Shown here in pieces: positions 48,188 to 64,000 of a stretch of DNA of 64,000 bases (position 1 is its first letter; each line of letters begins with the position of its first letter). Under the pieces are notes generated by a model, which saw nothing but the letters and a program-made list of their open reading frames with translations, made no database searches and was not told where the DNA came from. The position numbers were made by a program, and so were the translations under genes. This DNA is from the human T2T-CHM13v2.0 reference genome, Homo sapiens. The DNA lies in assembly GCF_009914755.1 (NCBI RefSeq), contig NC_060925.1. One strand, written 5' to 3'.

Positions 48188-49749
48188 TTATTTATTTATT
48201 TATTTTAGTATTTATTGATCATTCTTGGGTGTTTCTCAGAGAGGGGGATTTGGCAGGGTCATAGGACAATAGTGGAGGGAAGGTCAGCAGATAAACATGT
48301 GAACAAGGGTCTCTGGTTTTCCTAGGCAGAGGACCCTGCCGCCTTCCGCTGTGTTTGTGTCCCTGGGTACTTGAGATTAGGGAGTGGTGATAACTCTTAA
48401 GGAGCATGCCGCCTTCAAGCATCTGTTTAACAAAGCACATCTTGCACCGCCCTTAATCCATTTAACCCTGAGTGGACACAGCACATGTTTCAGAGAGCAC
48501 GGGGGTGGGGGTAAGGTTATAGATTAACAGCATCCCAAGGCAGAAGAATTTTTCTTAGTGCAGAACAAAATGGAGTCTCCTATGTCTACTTCTTTCTACA
48601 CAGACACAGTAACAATCTGATCTCTTTCTTTTCCCCACATTTCCCCCTTTTCTATTCAACAAAACCGCCATCTTCATCATGGCCCGTTCTCAATGAGCTG
48701 TTGGGTACACCTCCCAGACGGGGTGGCGGCCGGGCAGAAGGGCTCCTTACTTCCCAGACGGGGCAGCCGGGCAGAGGCGTCCCCCACCTCCCTCCCTGAC
48801 GGGGCAGCTGGCCCGGCAGGGCCTGCCCCCCACCTCCCTCCCGGACGGGGCGGCTGGCCGGGCGGGGGCTGCCCCCCACCTTCCGGACAGGGCGGCTGCC
48901 GGACGGAGACGCTCCTCACTTCCCAGAGGGAGCAGCTGCCGGGCGGAGGGGCTCCTCACTTCCCAGACTGGGCGGCTGCCGGGCGGAGGGGCTCCTCACT
49001 TCTCAGACAGGGCGGCCGGGCAGAGATGCTCCTCACCTCCCAGACGGGGTGGCGGCCAGGCAGAGACGCTCCTCAGTTCCCAGACGGGGTCACTGCCGGG
49101 CAGAGGCGCTCCTCACATCCCAGACAGGGCGGCGGGGCAGAGGCGCTCCCCACATCCCAGACGATGGGCGGCCGGGCAGAGATGCTCCTCACTTCCTAGA
49201 TGGGATGGCGGCCGGGAAGAGGCGCTCCTCACTTCCCAGACTGGGCGGCCCGGCAGAGGGGCCCCTCACATCCCAGACGATGGGCGGCCAGGCAGAGACG
49301 CTCCTCACTTCCCAGATGGGGTGGGGGCCGGGCAGAGGCTGCAATCTTGGCACTTTGGGAGGCCAAGGCAGGCGGCTGGGAGGTGGAGGTTGTAGTGAGC
49401 CGAAATCACGCCACTGCACTCCAGCCTGGGCAACATTGAGCACTGAGTGAGCGAGACTCCGTCTGCAATCCCGGCACTTCAGGAGGCCCAGGCGGGCAGA
49501 TCACTCGCGGTCATGAGCCGGAGACCAGCCCAGCCAACACGGCGAAACCCTGTCTCCACCAAAAAATACAAAAACCAGTCAGGCGTGGCGGCGCGTGCCT
49601 GCAATCCCAGGCACTCGGCAGGCTGAGGCAGAAGAATCAGGCAGGGAGGTTGCCATGAGCCGAGTTGGCGGCAGTACCGTCCAGCCTCCGCTGGGCATCA
49701 GAGGGGGGACGGTGGAAAGCGGGAGGGGGAGGGGGAGAGGGAGAGGGCT
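48188..49749 (-). mobile_element. Near full-length SVA retrotransposon (probably an older subfamily)
   Basis: On minus strand: (CCCTCT)n-like hexamer (~49720-49747), antisense Alu-like region (~49330-49700), GC-rich VNTR (~48710-49330), SINE-R (~48210-48700) ending in AATAAA and an A-rich tail. Confidence 0.95.
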
Positions 49750-49886
49750 GAAACTATTTTCATTCAAAAAGTTGTCTATATCGCTTTTTAATCTTCATCA
49801 GATTTTGGTATTGTGGTCTGTAAATTGAGGAACTTATTTGATGTGAATGAATTTAACAGGAAGTCTGTCATTTAAAAGTTGATACA

Positions 49887-51500
<1,614 letters not shown>

Positions 51501-51603
51501 AAGAGTACTGAGAGAAATGTATAGGTGCTAAATGATTGCATTAGAAATTGCAAAGGTCTCAATAAGTTCCTAACTCAAGACCCTAGAAAAAAAGAGCAAA
51601 ATA

Positions 51604-52003
51604 CAGTTAACCCTCAAACAACATGTGTTTGAACTGTGTAGGTCCACTTACACATGGATTTTCTTCCACCTCTTCCCTCCCCCTCACCCCAAGACAGGAA
51701 GATCAACCTCCCTTCTTCTTTCTCCTCCTCAGCTTACCTAACCTGATGATGACAAGGATGAACACTCTTAAGATAATCCACTTCCACTTAATGAATAGTA
51801 AATGTATTTTCTCTTCCTTATGATTTTAACATTTTTCTTAATTCTAAAGATACAGTATGTAATACATAAACATATGTTAATTGTTTTGGTCAGTAGTAGG
51901 CTATTAGTACTTAAGTTTGGGGGGACTCAAAAGTTATACATGGATTTTCAGATGTGAAAGGGTTCAGCAACCCTAACCCCCCGCATTGTTCAAAGGTCAA
52001 TTG
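51604..52003. mobile_element. Tigger2-family (MER28-like) non-autonomous DNA transposon
   Basis: Imperfect TIRs CAGTTAACCCTCAAACAAC / TTGTTCAAAGGTCAATTG with TA on both sides. Confidence 0.75.
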
Positions 52004-52659
52004 TATAACTCACACATGCTGAAGTAAATTCAAAATTGTACAGCCACTTTGGAAACCAGTTTGACAGTTTCTCATAAAAAATGAACACTTAATACCTGAC
52101 CCGGTGATTGGGAAAAGGCTTAATGAAATTCTAACAGTGAACTGGACGATAGAAGAGGTCAGGACAAGAGTGGCCATGTCGGTGCTGAGGCTGAGATACC
52201 TACCGAGGACTGTCACTCTCACGGCTTCCAGCCCTTCGACGAACTCTCAGGTGTGTGGCCTTCTGGCCAGGCTTCTGCCGCGTCACGTTGTTGAAGCATT
52301 CGTTGTATCCCTGGGGTTGCAGCTCTCTGTAAGTTTGCTGTGGCTGAACCAGGCAAGGCATAGGCGGATTTCTACAGAAATTATGATTCCACGAAAGATT
52401 TTGAGAAGAGGAAGGCTGGTATCTTTCAGAGTGCAGAGTGATTTTGCACTCTAAAGAATCTCTTTGGGTGTAATAGCATGGAAGTTTGTCGCTGACCTGT
52501 GTCCCTGAACTATGACACACGAATATGTGGGCTTAGAAATAGTTTTGCTTGATACATTGAGAACAACAAAGAAGACTGAGTGGCGCTACCTTCTTTGGTG
52601 CCCAGGATGGTTTGGGAAAGTCTCGCCTTCATCCTCCCCCACAGTTTTGCGATTTTGAA

Positions 52660-53250
52660 ACGGGATCTCGCTCTCCGCGGAAGACAGCCAAGCTCTGCAC
52701 CCCGGCCTGGCCCGCCGCACCCCGCAGGCCCGGCTCTCCCCTGCGCGCTCCGGGCTGGGCGCGGCGCGTGTGCGGAGCCGCCGCGGTGACACGGAACGCC
52801 GGCCGCCCCGGGCCGGGGGAGGCGCGCGTCGAGAGGCGACGGCGGGCTGGCCTGGCGCGCTGCGGCGCTCGCTCACCCGCTCCCGAGGAAGGGCAGTGGG
52901 CCCCGCCGCCGCCTCCCAATGGCGAGGCTGCGGGATTGCCTGCCCCGCCTGATGCTCACGCTCCGGTCCCTGCTCTTCTGGTCCCTGGTCTACTGCTACT
53001 GCGGGCTCTGCGCCTCCATCCACCTGCTCAAACTTTTGTGGAGCCTCGGCAAGGGGCCGGCGCAGACCTTCCGGCGGCCCGCCCGGGAGCACCCTCCCGC
53101 GTGCCTGAGCGACCCCTCCTTGGGCACCCACTGCTACGTGCGGATCAAGGTGAAGGGCCGCGCGGGCCTGGCGGGAGCGGGAGGGAGCGTGACCGCCGCG
53201 AGGGTGGGGGGCTCCGGGCTTCTCCTTCCGAGACGCTGGCTCAGCGTCCC
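52660..53250. promoter_or_regulatory. EPHX4: CpG island / EPHX4 promoter and first exon
   Basis: Abrupt GC- and CpG-rich block spanning the ATG, with GC-box-like motifs (CCCCGCC); no obvious TATA. Confidence 0.9.
52919..53149 (+). CDS. EPHX4: EPHX4 (epoxide hydrolase 4/ABHD7) first coding exon, N-terminal hydrophobic signal-anchor
   Basis: ATG G start; MARLRDCLPRLMLTLRSLLFWSLVYCYCGLCASIHLLKLLW...GTHCYVRIK; donor AAG|gtgaag; 231 nt. Confidence 0.93.
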
Positions 53251-53294
53251 CTAGTGTCCTGGCAGGAGGGGAGGAGGGGTTGGGTCCCTGTGTG

Positions 53295-53296
<2 letters not shown>

Positions 53297-53360
<64 letters not shown>
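53297..53360 (+). repeat. Compound microsatellite (GT)23(GA)9
   Basis: Read directly, EPHX4 intron 1. Confidence 0.95.
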
Positions 53361-55355
53361 TACAGATAAACAGCACTCGGTCTTTGCAGGCACCTTGATT
53401 GGTTTCTGAATGTGGAACTTCTCTAATCAGGGGCCTCTTATATTACTGCCCCCCGGCGCCACAACAACCCAGAATAAACCTGCTCTTTTTCCTACTGCAA
53501 GGGGAAGCTGTCTCCTGTCACCCTTTTGCCCTTTAGAGCTCAGATCAGCTGTAGAGAATTGTTCCTCGTGGCATCCTAATGTCTCAGGAGGCTGTTCTTG
53601 CCCAATTTTAGAGATAATAAGAGTAAACAGTCAGTCTTTGGGAGTCATGAGTTTATTATGATCACAGACGACTTAGGTTGCATGAAACAATAAGTAAATT
53701 GTGTGTGTTGTGGGGAGGAATGCATACTTATGAAGTCAGGGACCAAAGAAAGGAATGGAATAAAAGGTAAATCCAGCCATGCCTGCAGACGCTAATTGTT
53801 CAAGCTTCCTCACAGCCCACAAATATTCTGTTTCCTGAGGCTCCAGGTGGTGAAGGGAAATAGTTCCCGTGATACACCCTGCAGTCTGACTCACAGGCCT
53901 TTCAAACCCAGCCTCATAAGAGGGGATGTTTATGTCACCAAGTCCTTATTTCCTGTTAGGAGCTAAATTGCCCCGCAGCTGAAGTTCAGAAGGGCAAGAG
54001 AACTTCTTTCTTGCCTGGGGTCGACATGAGAATTAAATAGGTTAATATTTATAAAAACAAACACGAAAAACTTAGAACAATGCCTGATGCATAGTCAGTG
54101 CAATAAAGTATCTGTTAATTAAATCCATTGCAGTGCCCATAACATTTAATCCTCCAAGACTCACCACCAATAAAAAAAGTTATTGAACCTCTAGGAAGCC
54201 ATCGTGCAGCTGAGGGTAAAGTCAGATTTGTTATCTCTGTTCAACCTGAGGGGTAAAAGTAGTATAAGAACCATCTGGAATTCCATAAAACACTTTTCCC
54301 CTCGCTCTGGCCGCCTAAAGAGCTTCCCCAGAGACAGAGAACCGAGTGGAAAGAGCATTGTCCTGGGAGTTAGGACAAGATGGAGATTCTGGTCACAGCC
54401 CTGCTCTCAACCATTTTATGACTCATGTTACCATCTTTGGGCCTCATCTTCTGAATCTGCAAAATGATTCTTTCACATCTGAAAACTCAGTTGCTTGAGT
54501 TGCCTGCTATAAAAACCCAATGTCTGTGTTTAGCTTTTGGTTCTTTTTGTTTCCTAGCTTGCTTGCTTTCAGAGATTTTTATTCCTGCTGTTCCCTCTAC
54601 TTTCCTCAATTCAGCCTGCTTAGTATTTGCTTGAATTCCTGACTCATTCCCATGTTTTTTTAATTTTCCTTGGGTTTTCTTGTCTCCTACATGCAGAGTG
54701 AAGTCTTGAGCACTCAGGGCATTCTCTTATTAGAAACGCACACTGACATGACATGAGCAGGCAGCAAGGGGAACAGAACATGCAACACTCAAAATAATAA
54801 TGTGGGAAGGAGAGACCTAAAAATAAGAGAAGGAGGTGTGAATTATATAACTGATGGCACAGCTCTTGACGGGCAAGCTGAGAAAAGTAGATGACTAGGA
54901 TGTAAACATGGCAGAAATATAAATTCAGATTAGAATTATTTACATGTCCTGCAGCATTTGAGGGAGATGAAATGTGACACATCAGTAAGATGAAAGTTAC
55001 AAATGGTAAGATGAAAGTTACAAATTGTGACATTGCTTCAGAAGCTCATAATATATAAATTGACTGTACTAGAACAAGAAGAGAAGGTACTGTCAAGGGA
55101 GTGTTGACAAAGTGAATCTGTCAATTTACCCTATTAATAGGTCATGGGGTTTGCTTTTCTTTTTGAAAATTAATAAAAGTAAATATATTTCTTGATGTTA
55201 AAAATAAGGCAACTGAGTGTCATGAAGATATTGTAAATACACAAATGTTTTAAAATAAGGCAAGTTACTATTTTTTTAATGAAATGGAAATGCTAAATAT
55301 ATTGCTTTGTCAATCAACACAAACATCACTAAAATTCCATGCCCTCTACTTTCAG

Positions 55356-55441
55356 GATTCAGGGTTAAGATTTCACTATGTTGCTGCTGGAGAAAGAGGC
55401 AAACCACTTATGCTGCTGCTTCATGGATTTCCAGAATTCTG
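55356..55441 (+). CDS. EPHX4: EPHX4 second coding exon, alpha/beta-hydrolase HGFP oxyanion motif
   Basis: ttcag|GAT ... TTCTG|gtaagc; [28 protein letters not shown](W); in frame with exon 1; gene continues beyond the window. Confidence 0.94.
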
Positions 55442-55489
55442 GTAAGCTTACCAACTAACATTTATTGTTACATTAAAACTTGGCTTATT

Positions 55490-56065
55490 TTCTCAGTTCA
55501 TTTTGTGCTGCTGTAACAGAATATCACAGTCTGGGTAACTTAAAATGAACATAAATGATTTTCTCAGAGTTCTGGAGGCTGGGAAGTTCAGGATCAAGGT
55601 GCCAACATCTGACAAGGGCCTCCTTGCTGCAACATCACATGGCAGAGGAGGAAGGGCAAAGAAGCAAAAGGGGGCCGAAATTGCCCTTTCATAGTGGCAT
55701 TATTTCCATCCATGAGGGCAGAGCCTGCATGACCTAACCACCTCTTAAAGGTCCCACCTCTTAATACTGTTACAATGGCAATTTTTGAGACAAGGTCTTA
55801 CTCTGTCACCCAGGCTGGGGCACAGTGGCATGATCACAGCTCACTGCAGCTTTGAACTTCTGGGTTTAAGCAGTCTTCCCACCTCAGCCTACCAAGTAGC
55901 TGGGACTACAGGCATCTACCACCACACCTAGCTTTTTTTTTTTTTTTTGGAGGTGGGATCTTGCTATATTGCCTAGGCTGGTCTTGAAAGCCTGAGATCA
56001 AGCAATCCTCCCACCTTGGCCTCCTAAAGTGCTGGGATTACAGATGTAAGCCACCACGCCAAGCC
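55490..56065 (-). mobile_element. MaLR LTR fragment (MST/MLT1A-like) followed by antisense AluJ
   Basis: GTTCTGGAGGCTGGGAAGTTCAGGATCAAGG motif; Alu ~55782-56065. Confidence 0.75.
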
Positions 56066-56527
56066 TCTTGTAATGACTTTTAACAGACCCTACTTTTTGA
56101 TCATGTGCCCAGAGTTAATATTCCTAAATGTTCCTGAATCACAGGTCTTTTTCCTCCTAAAAAGACCTACCTGCTACCAATTTAAATTTATATATTTTTT
56201 TGAGGATTAAAAGAAGTATCTTTTAATGTTTCAAATTTCTGAAATAGTAACAAAACAGTTTGTATAGAGTATCTACTATAGACAAAATACAACACTGGGT
56301 AGGGAAAGGAGATTTTAAACAAACCAAAGACGTGGAGTGATTGTTATTAGGAAGATTTTGGTGAGGCTGGGGTGAGGAGAAGGCAGAGTAGAGCACTTAT
56401 GGAAACTGAAAATGAACTATTTCCTATGCACAGAGCAATAGGCTTATATGAATGCAGGATAATTTAAGTACCTAAATATTTCTCATTAGGAAGAAAATCT
56501 GGAGCCCCAAATATGTAATTATTAGTT

Positions 56528-56767
56528 ACTATCTTCGTTCATTTTTGTTGCTAACAAAATACCTGAGACTGGGTAATTTATAAAGAATAGAAATTTATTT
56601 CTCACCGTTCTGGAGACTGGGAAGTCCAAGATCAAGGCACCAGTAGGTTCAGAGTCTGGTGACATCCATGTCTGTGTGTGTCCAAGATGGTGCCTTGTTG
56701 ATGTGTCTTCTGGAGGCAAATAAACTTCATCATATGAATTTTGGGAGAACATATTCAGACCATAGCA
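56528..56767 (-). mobile_element. MaLR LTR fragment (MST/MLT1A-like)
   Basis: ACCTGAGACTGGGTAATTTATAAAGAATAGAAATTTATTTCTCAC...ATTCAGACCATAGCA. Confidence 0.75.
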
Positions 56768-56905
56768 GTTACCTAAGGGGAAGTGTTCTGTTCTCTATTG
56801 ACCCCACTGGGCCAAATAAGTACAGATGAAAGCAACACATGTTTAAACTTTTTTTTTTTTTTTTTTTTTTTTAATGAACATCTTTAAAAGAGGTGGTACA
56901 TATCA

Positions 56906-57212
<307 letters not shown>

Positions 57213-57474
57213 TTATAGCACAGGGCTATAAGAAATAGTTCATAAACTAAATAGGTCAAGAAATTGATGTTTTTAAAAGCCCAGTTCCCTTAGTTGACTC
57301 AAAGGTGGAATATCTGGTATATTTTGAAAGGTCTAGGACAATATCCTGTCCCCAAATTCTCCCTTACTATCTTATAATTCCTAGAATTCCAGCATTACAG
57401 ATTTCTTACCTCCTTTAGAGTCTTAAAGATTTTATGTCACTCAAAATCCTGATTTAAAATGCATCTAGTGCTGA

Positions 57475-57795
<321 letters not shown>

Positions 57796-58461
57796 CCACT
57801 TTAGTTAATACTTTGTGAGTGAAAGGGACTTTATGAATAAATGTATTGAGGATGTTAGTGTACTAGGAGGTATTAGGCATTGAAGAAAAGAGTGGAGGAT
57901 GGCAAAGACACCTATACCTAATAATTTTTCCAGAGTGAGAAGTCTTCCTTAGAAGATTTTCCCTGCATGAAGATTTTTTTCCCCTTCTGGATTTATGTGC
58001 ATAAATAAACATAAGTCATTTTCATGTTATGCTTTGATCTGTTCTTTCATTTGGAGACAGCTTAATGAGGTGGTAGATTAGCTGCCCAGTGCAATTCGAG
58101 CATATGCATATGGTCTCACCTTATGGAGTGCGTGGCATAATTAGTTCACAATAAAATGTTACTCTGAAACACTGATCAAATCTGCCTAACATAGCATGGG
58201 CAGTACATTCTGGCTCAACCACTAGTTTGCTGAAGAACCCTAAACAGTCATCTACAATGATGTTGCAAAGTTGGGTGAGGATGAAGAGAGTCAAAATGTC
58301 GAAAATCTTTCACGTGGCCCCAGTGAATATTCAGTAAATACTCATTTTCTTCCTTCATTCCCATTCATTCATTGTGGAGATCCATGTGTCAAATAATAAT
58401 TTCCTAACTCTGGTGATGATAGTTAACATTTTCTAAGCATTTACTATGAGCCAGGCACTCT

Positions 58462-58660
58462 CTTTTTTATTTTTATTTTAAGTTCTGGAATACATGTGCA
58501 GGACATGCAGGTTTGTTACATGGTAAACGTGTGCCATGGTGGTTTTCTGCAACTATCAACCCGTCATGTAGGTATTAAGTCCAGCATTCATTAGCTATTT
58601 ATCCTGATGCTCTCCCTCTCCCCACCCCCAACAGGCTCCAGTGTGTGTTGTTCCCCTCCC
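58462..58660 (-). mobile_element. Short L1PA 3' end inserted in a MIR-like element
   Basis: ATACATGTGCAGGACATGCAGGTTTGTTACAT...GTGTGTGTTGTTCCCCTCCC; flanking AGCCAGG(C/T)ACT repeats. Confidence 0.8.
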
Positions 58661-61600
58661 AAGCCAGGTACTTTTGTAAGTGACTTATATATACCATCTC
58701 ATTTAAGCCCCATAGCTACCCTTCTGAAGTTGGCAGTGCCAGAAAGTCAGGTGTCCCTTGTTTTTGAAAGTCAGGGCTGACCTCTGCAGTTTGTTCTCAT
58801 TCTATAGGAATTATAGTAATCTGATCCAATAACATGCATGGATTTTTACCTTTCAAATGTCACACCTTATACAAACATTCAAGAGGGTGTTAACAAATCA
58901 GCCAACAATATAAAAATACCTTAATTTAACATTTTAAATCATCATCCTAAATAAAATTCATGCATCGGAGAGATGATACTTAACTTTTTAGAAAGAAAAC
59001 ATTTGAAAGCTATTTTCTTTCTCTACCTCACACCAACCCCAGTACTTGGCCATCCTTATTCCCCTGGAATTTCACCTCTTTACGTGCAGAACAATATACA
59101 CAAAGATAAAAATGAACCTACAACCACTTTCATACAGGGCAGTAGATGCTCTCTGTCGTATTCTAAGAGATTTTGTGCGTGTTTTTCACAGTCATGTCTC
59201 ATTATTTACTCCTCATGAGAGCCCTTTTGCAAAATAGAAATGGCTGGTGATTCTTGTCCTAGAATCATCAGGGGATGAAACAGCCTAGGAGGGGGTCCAG
59301 CACTGGTCCCTGGATATCATTCCCATTTGCCCCCGCAAAGTCAAGTCTTGGATGTATCCAAAAGGGATTTGGTCATTGTGAGGAATAGTTTAGTTTTTGG
59401 GAAGCTCCTAGAAATATTTTCACTCTGAAAAGCCATAGATTAAGAAATATGTGAAGATCATAGACAGGCATGAGTCTCTTCTGTTCACTAAATCTGTCAT
59501 TTGTTACTCCAGAAAGAACATTGGTAGAATTTAAAACAGCAACAACTACAAACGCAGATAGCTCAGCTACTCAGATAGATCATATTGAATTCATTGAACT
59601 TTGCTGATCATTAATCTGAAAGCTACCTGGTTGTTTAGGGAGCATCTGAAAATACTACATGGAGATTGTTGGTAATCAGATATCTCTGGAGTCATACTCT
59701 AAACCAAGACCCCTGTTGATGCTCACTCTGTCTTTCCTTTCAATCAATCAAATTGCCACTGTTACCCATTATGAGGTCTAGTCAATCTCATTGAGGTGCT
59801 AGTGGAAACAAACAACAGGAAAAAAAAAAGGTCTTAGAATTTAGGACAAAACTCTAGGGTTTAAGTTTTAAGACAAAACTCTTTTTTATTTTTTTCATTT
59901 TAAAGGCCAAAAAAACTTCATGCATGGCATTTCAAACCAATTTCAATTTACATTACAAATGTAAATGTTATTCCTCTAGCAATTAAGTTTTGCTTAAATA
60001 CACATGAAAGTGTATGCTTGATTGTAGATTAAGTAGGTAACAAATATTTGATACAGTGAAAACAAAAAAAAATGAATTGATAATGTGTGTGAAAGTGCTT
60101 TGTAAACAGAAAAGCACCATGCAAATGTAACATATTATCGCATTTATCATCATTGCCTGAGAATAGCTGACGAGAAATGGTGATATTTCATGTATACAAT
60201 TAGCTGTTACACAGCAACAATAAAATCCCGGGTCTTCTTAAAATCTAAAGGAAATATTAAACAAGATACACATCTACAGGACCTTTGACTAAATTAACCC
60301 CAAGTAAGGCTGTTTGTCAAAGGATGATCTTTCTCCCACTCTCTCTCTCCACTTCAATTTGCATCTCCTTTAAAAATATTTTGAGCTGAGGCAGGCAATT
60401 TCTTTGAGTCGTCTTCGTCTCCAGCTATATGGAATGCATGCGTCATCACTCAAGTGCTAAGGCGAGTGAGGGGCCTTCATCATACAGCTGAGCACAGAAG
60501 CTGACAACTGTGGCATTTCTCTGTGGTAAAGAGGAGGAGGATAGTCTACATCTGAAAGTGTAACCTGGTAAAACCAGGAGCCCTCCTAGGTGAAGAGCAA
60601 TCACGGCGAAAGAGATTGGTTATTTTTCCTGAGTGTCCTCTGCTATTACCTAAAGCTACCAGAAAAAAGGCAATGTGGATGAAAATAGTTTTGCTTATTT
60701 ATAATCTTTTTAGGGTTACTGCTTTTGTAATGTGTTTCATTCCTGTATCAAGGAGATTGTTTTCGCTTTATTCATGTAAATGATATGTCCATCAGTCTAA
60801 TACTGGGGTGACTTCTTTTTCAGTTTAGGGCTAATGTGTACATCAAATGTGTTTTATTTATGAACTTCAGGAAGATGACAGTTAAAAATTATTCCTTAGT
60901 AATTTATTAAAAATATGCAGTTGCCCTATTTCTTAGAATTGTTTAGGATATTGTTTGGCTTCACTCATTGTTAAAAGCAGTAGCTGGATTTATTTTTAAG
61001 GCAATTTAAATTATTTCTAATATGACATGGAAGCATCATGTTTGCATAATCTCTAATCCAATTCTAAATGTAAAATGTTGCAGGATTATATAAAGTCAAA
61101 TTTCTACCTTGAAATCTCTAATTAAATCCTAAATGAAGACACGGACCCTTAAGGTATTGAAACAACGTGCAGTTCAACAGAAATTGAATACAAATTCCCC
61201 AATAGGAATTTGGGACCGTTAGCTGTCATTGTCTCAAGGTTTGAACTGGGACAAAAGTCCTACTGCACAACTGGTACTTCTAGCACTATCATTATTCAGT
61301 GTTTTTATTCATTTGTTGTTTCATTTATTTGACAAATCTTTATTAAGCACCTACAGGGGCTAGATATTCTCATAGACGACCCAGGAAACGATCTCGTGGA
61401 AGAGCCAGGTATCAAAAGTGAGGTGTGCCCCAGCCCTGAAGAGTGCACATACAAGTGCAAAAGCGTGGAAGGGGCCCACGCACCCCAGCTGTAATGGAGA
61501 GAGCTGGGAAGTCTCCTAGAAAAGGAGACGCCTAATGTGATAATGAGTTAATTGAGGGGTGAGAGTCAGGGATTATGGGGTAATAGGGGAATGGTGGGGA

Positions 61601-61699
61601 GTGATGGTATTTCAGACAAAGGAAACCATATGAAGAAAGTCATAAAAGCAAAAACCAATATCTCTATTTGTTCACCTATTTCAACCTAGTGCTGCAGAG

Positions 61700-61940
61700 G
61701 CAGTATAACATGGACTCTGGGGCCAGACTCCCTGGGCTGGAATCCTGGCTCTGCTGTTTGCTGACTCTGTGACCTTTGGTACTTCAATTAACCTTGCTTT
61801 CCCTCCATTTCTTCATCTGTTAAGTGAAGATAATAATAATATCTACTTCATAGTACTGTTTTGAAGATCAATATTACCATACAAGAAGCACTTAGAATTG
61901 GGCCTGGTATGTAGTAAGAATGGTATAGATGTTAGTTCTT
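61700..61940 (+). mobile_element. MIR
   Basis: GGACTCTGGGGCCAGAC...TGTGACCTTTGG...CTTCATCTGT...GATAATAATAATATCTACTTCATAG core. Confidence 0.65.
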
Positions 61941-62489
61941 TTTGTTATAAAGCAAATGACAGAGTGCAAAGTAATCTGGCTGGAAGATTGGGCAATAGTC
62001 AAATCTTTCAGATTTTTTTCTGCTAGAATAATAAGCTAGAACTTCATGTTATGGGTAATAGGGAGTCAAGAAAGGATTTTCAGCAACGAAATGACATGAG
62101 TTTGTGTCTTTGCTACATCACTGGTTTTGTAGAAGATAGAGCAGAGGGGAATGAAAGCGACACACTTAGACCAAGCAATAGGCTGCTGCCTAAATGGAGG
62201 CCTGAATTAAGGTAATGATAGAATGGTAGACAAGAGTGTTTAAATAAATATTTAAGAGGTTAAATGAACAGAACTTTATTGATTGGGTAGGATGGATTAT
62301 AAAGAGGGAAGAATTAGGCTTCAGTTATGAAGACATAAAAAATCAATTCAAAATTTTAAGTAAGGCAAATCAGAAAAAATACAATCACATGTGTTGACAG
62401 ATGAGTATCTTTAAGGAAACAAGCTACTTTATTTGTTACAATCCACAGACAAGATTAACAACATTACTACAGTCTAGCCAAAAAAGACA

Positions 62490-63613
<1,124 letters not shown>

Positions 63614-64000
63614 TGTTTGTTACATTGATCTTACTGTTGTGTGTCACTTCACATCGCAGCCCCCCTCTCAGGCTTATAATCTTATATTACAATCTTTACA
63701 CTGGTTTATAATCTTAACATTCAGTTGCGTTAGCTTGCCTACTGCACTCCAAAAGTATTTTCAGACAATGATCTCCCACTTGGCTTGTGTCAGATAATTT
63801 TACACTGTATTTCCATGAACAAATGTGCATGCAGATGCTTTTTTTTAATGCATATTTTGAGTCCCATAACATAGTGAGTCACTTTTAAAAATCCATGTCT
63901 TTTTTTTCTGTTGGTTATCTAAAATGGTTTTGCTTATTTGAAGAAGAAAATCTTATGGATCTCTCTATTTCGATTAATTCTGCAGTTCCATGATCAAGCA

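Noticed and set aside
48652-49828. Several long GC-rich ORFs (up to 168 aa) on both strands
   Set aside because: They lie entirely inside the SVA VNTR/Alu-like region; low stop frequency reflects GC-rich repeats
52104-52520. Overlapping 116-aa and 106-aa ORFs upstream of EPHX4, considered as a processed pseudogene
   Set aside because: No recognisable protein similarity, poly(A) tail or TSD; treated as unique promoter-proximal DNA
52586-53409. 265-aa (+) and 181-aa (-) ORFs overlapping EPHX4 exon 1
   Set aside because: Expected in CpG islands; low-complexity Arg/Pro/Gly/Ala content, and one runs through a microsatellite
54983-55024. 21-bp tandem duplication GTAAGATGAAAGTTACAAAT(G); similar small duplications at ~16610-16652, ~27050-27090 and ~43324-43378
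   Set aside because: Two- to three-copy slippage duplications are common; no spacer-repeat array structure or other sign of function

Overview
Human genomic DNA; an AluYa5 insertion supports Homo sapiens. The + strand carries the 3' part of BRDT (testis-specific BET bromodomain gene) as 14 GT-AG coding exons. These splice in frame to 697 codons: second bromodomain, coiled-coil/basic region, ET domain, Ser-rich SEED tract and C-terminal motif. The stop is at 37079-37081, followed by a short 3'UTR with ATTAAA. About 15 kb of repeat-dense intergenic DNA follows, then a CpG island and the first two coding exons of EPHX4 (epoxide hydrolase 4, HGFP motif). The rest is mostly retroelements (roughly 50 Alu copies or fragments, L1, L2/MIR, MaLR LTRs, one SVA) and DNA transposon fossils. 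Almost all long ORFs in the supplied track are Alu, SVA or CpG-island artefacts. I see no evidence for a wholly new gene or biological system. The most unusual items are an SVA whose target-site duplication encloses about 160 bp of extra unique DNA with its own ATTAAA and poly(A) (a 3' transduction), an Alu monomer inserted into a splice donor of a minimal intron, collapsed mini-Alus that keep their TSDs, a perfect 13-bp hairpin, and Alu geometry around small BRDT exons. Repeat subfamily calls are by eye and their boundaries are approximate.
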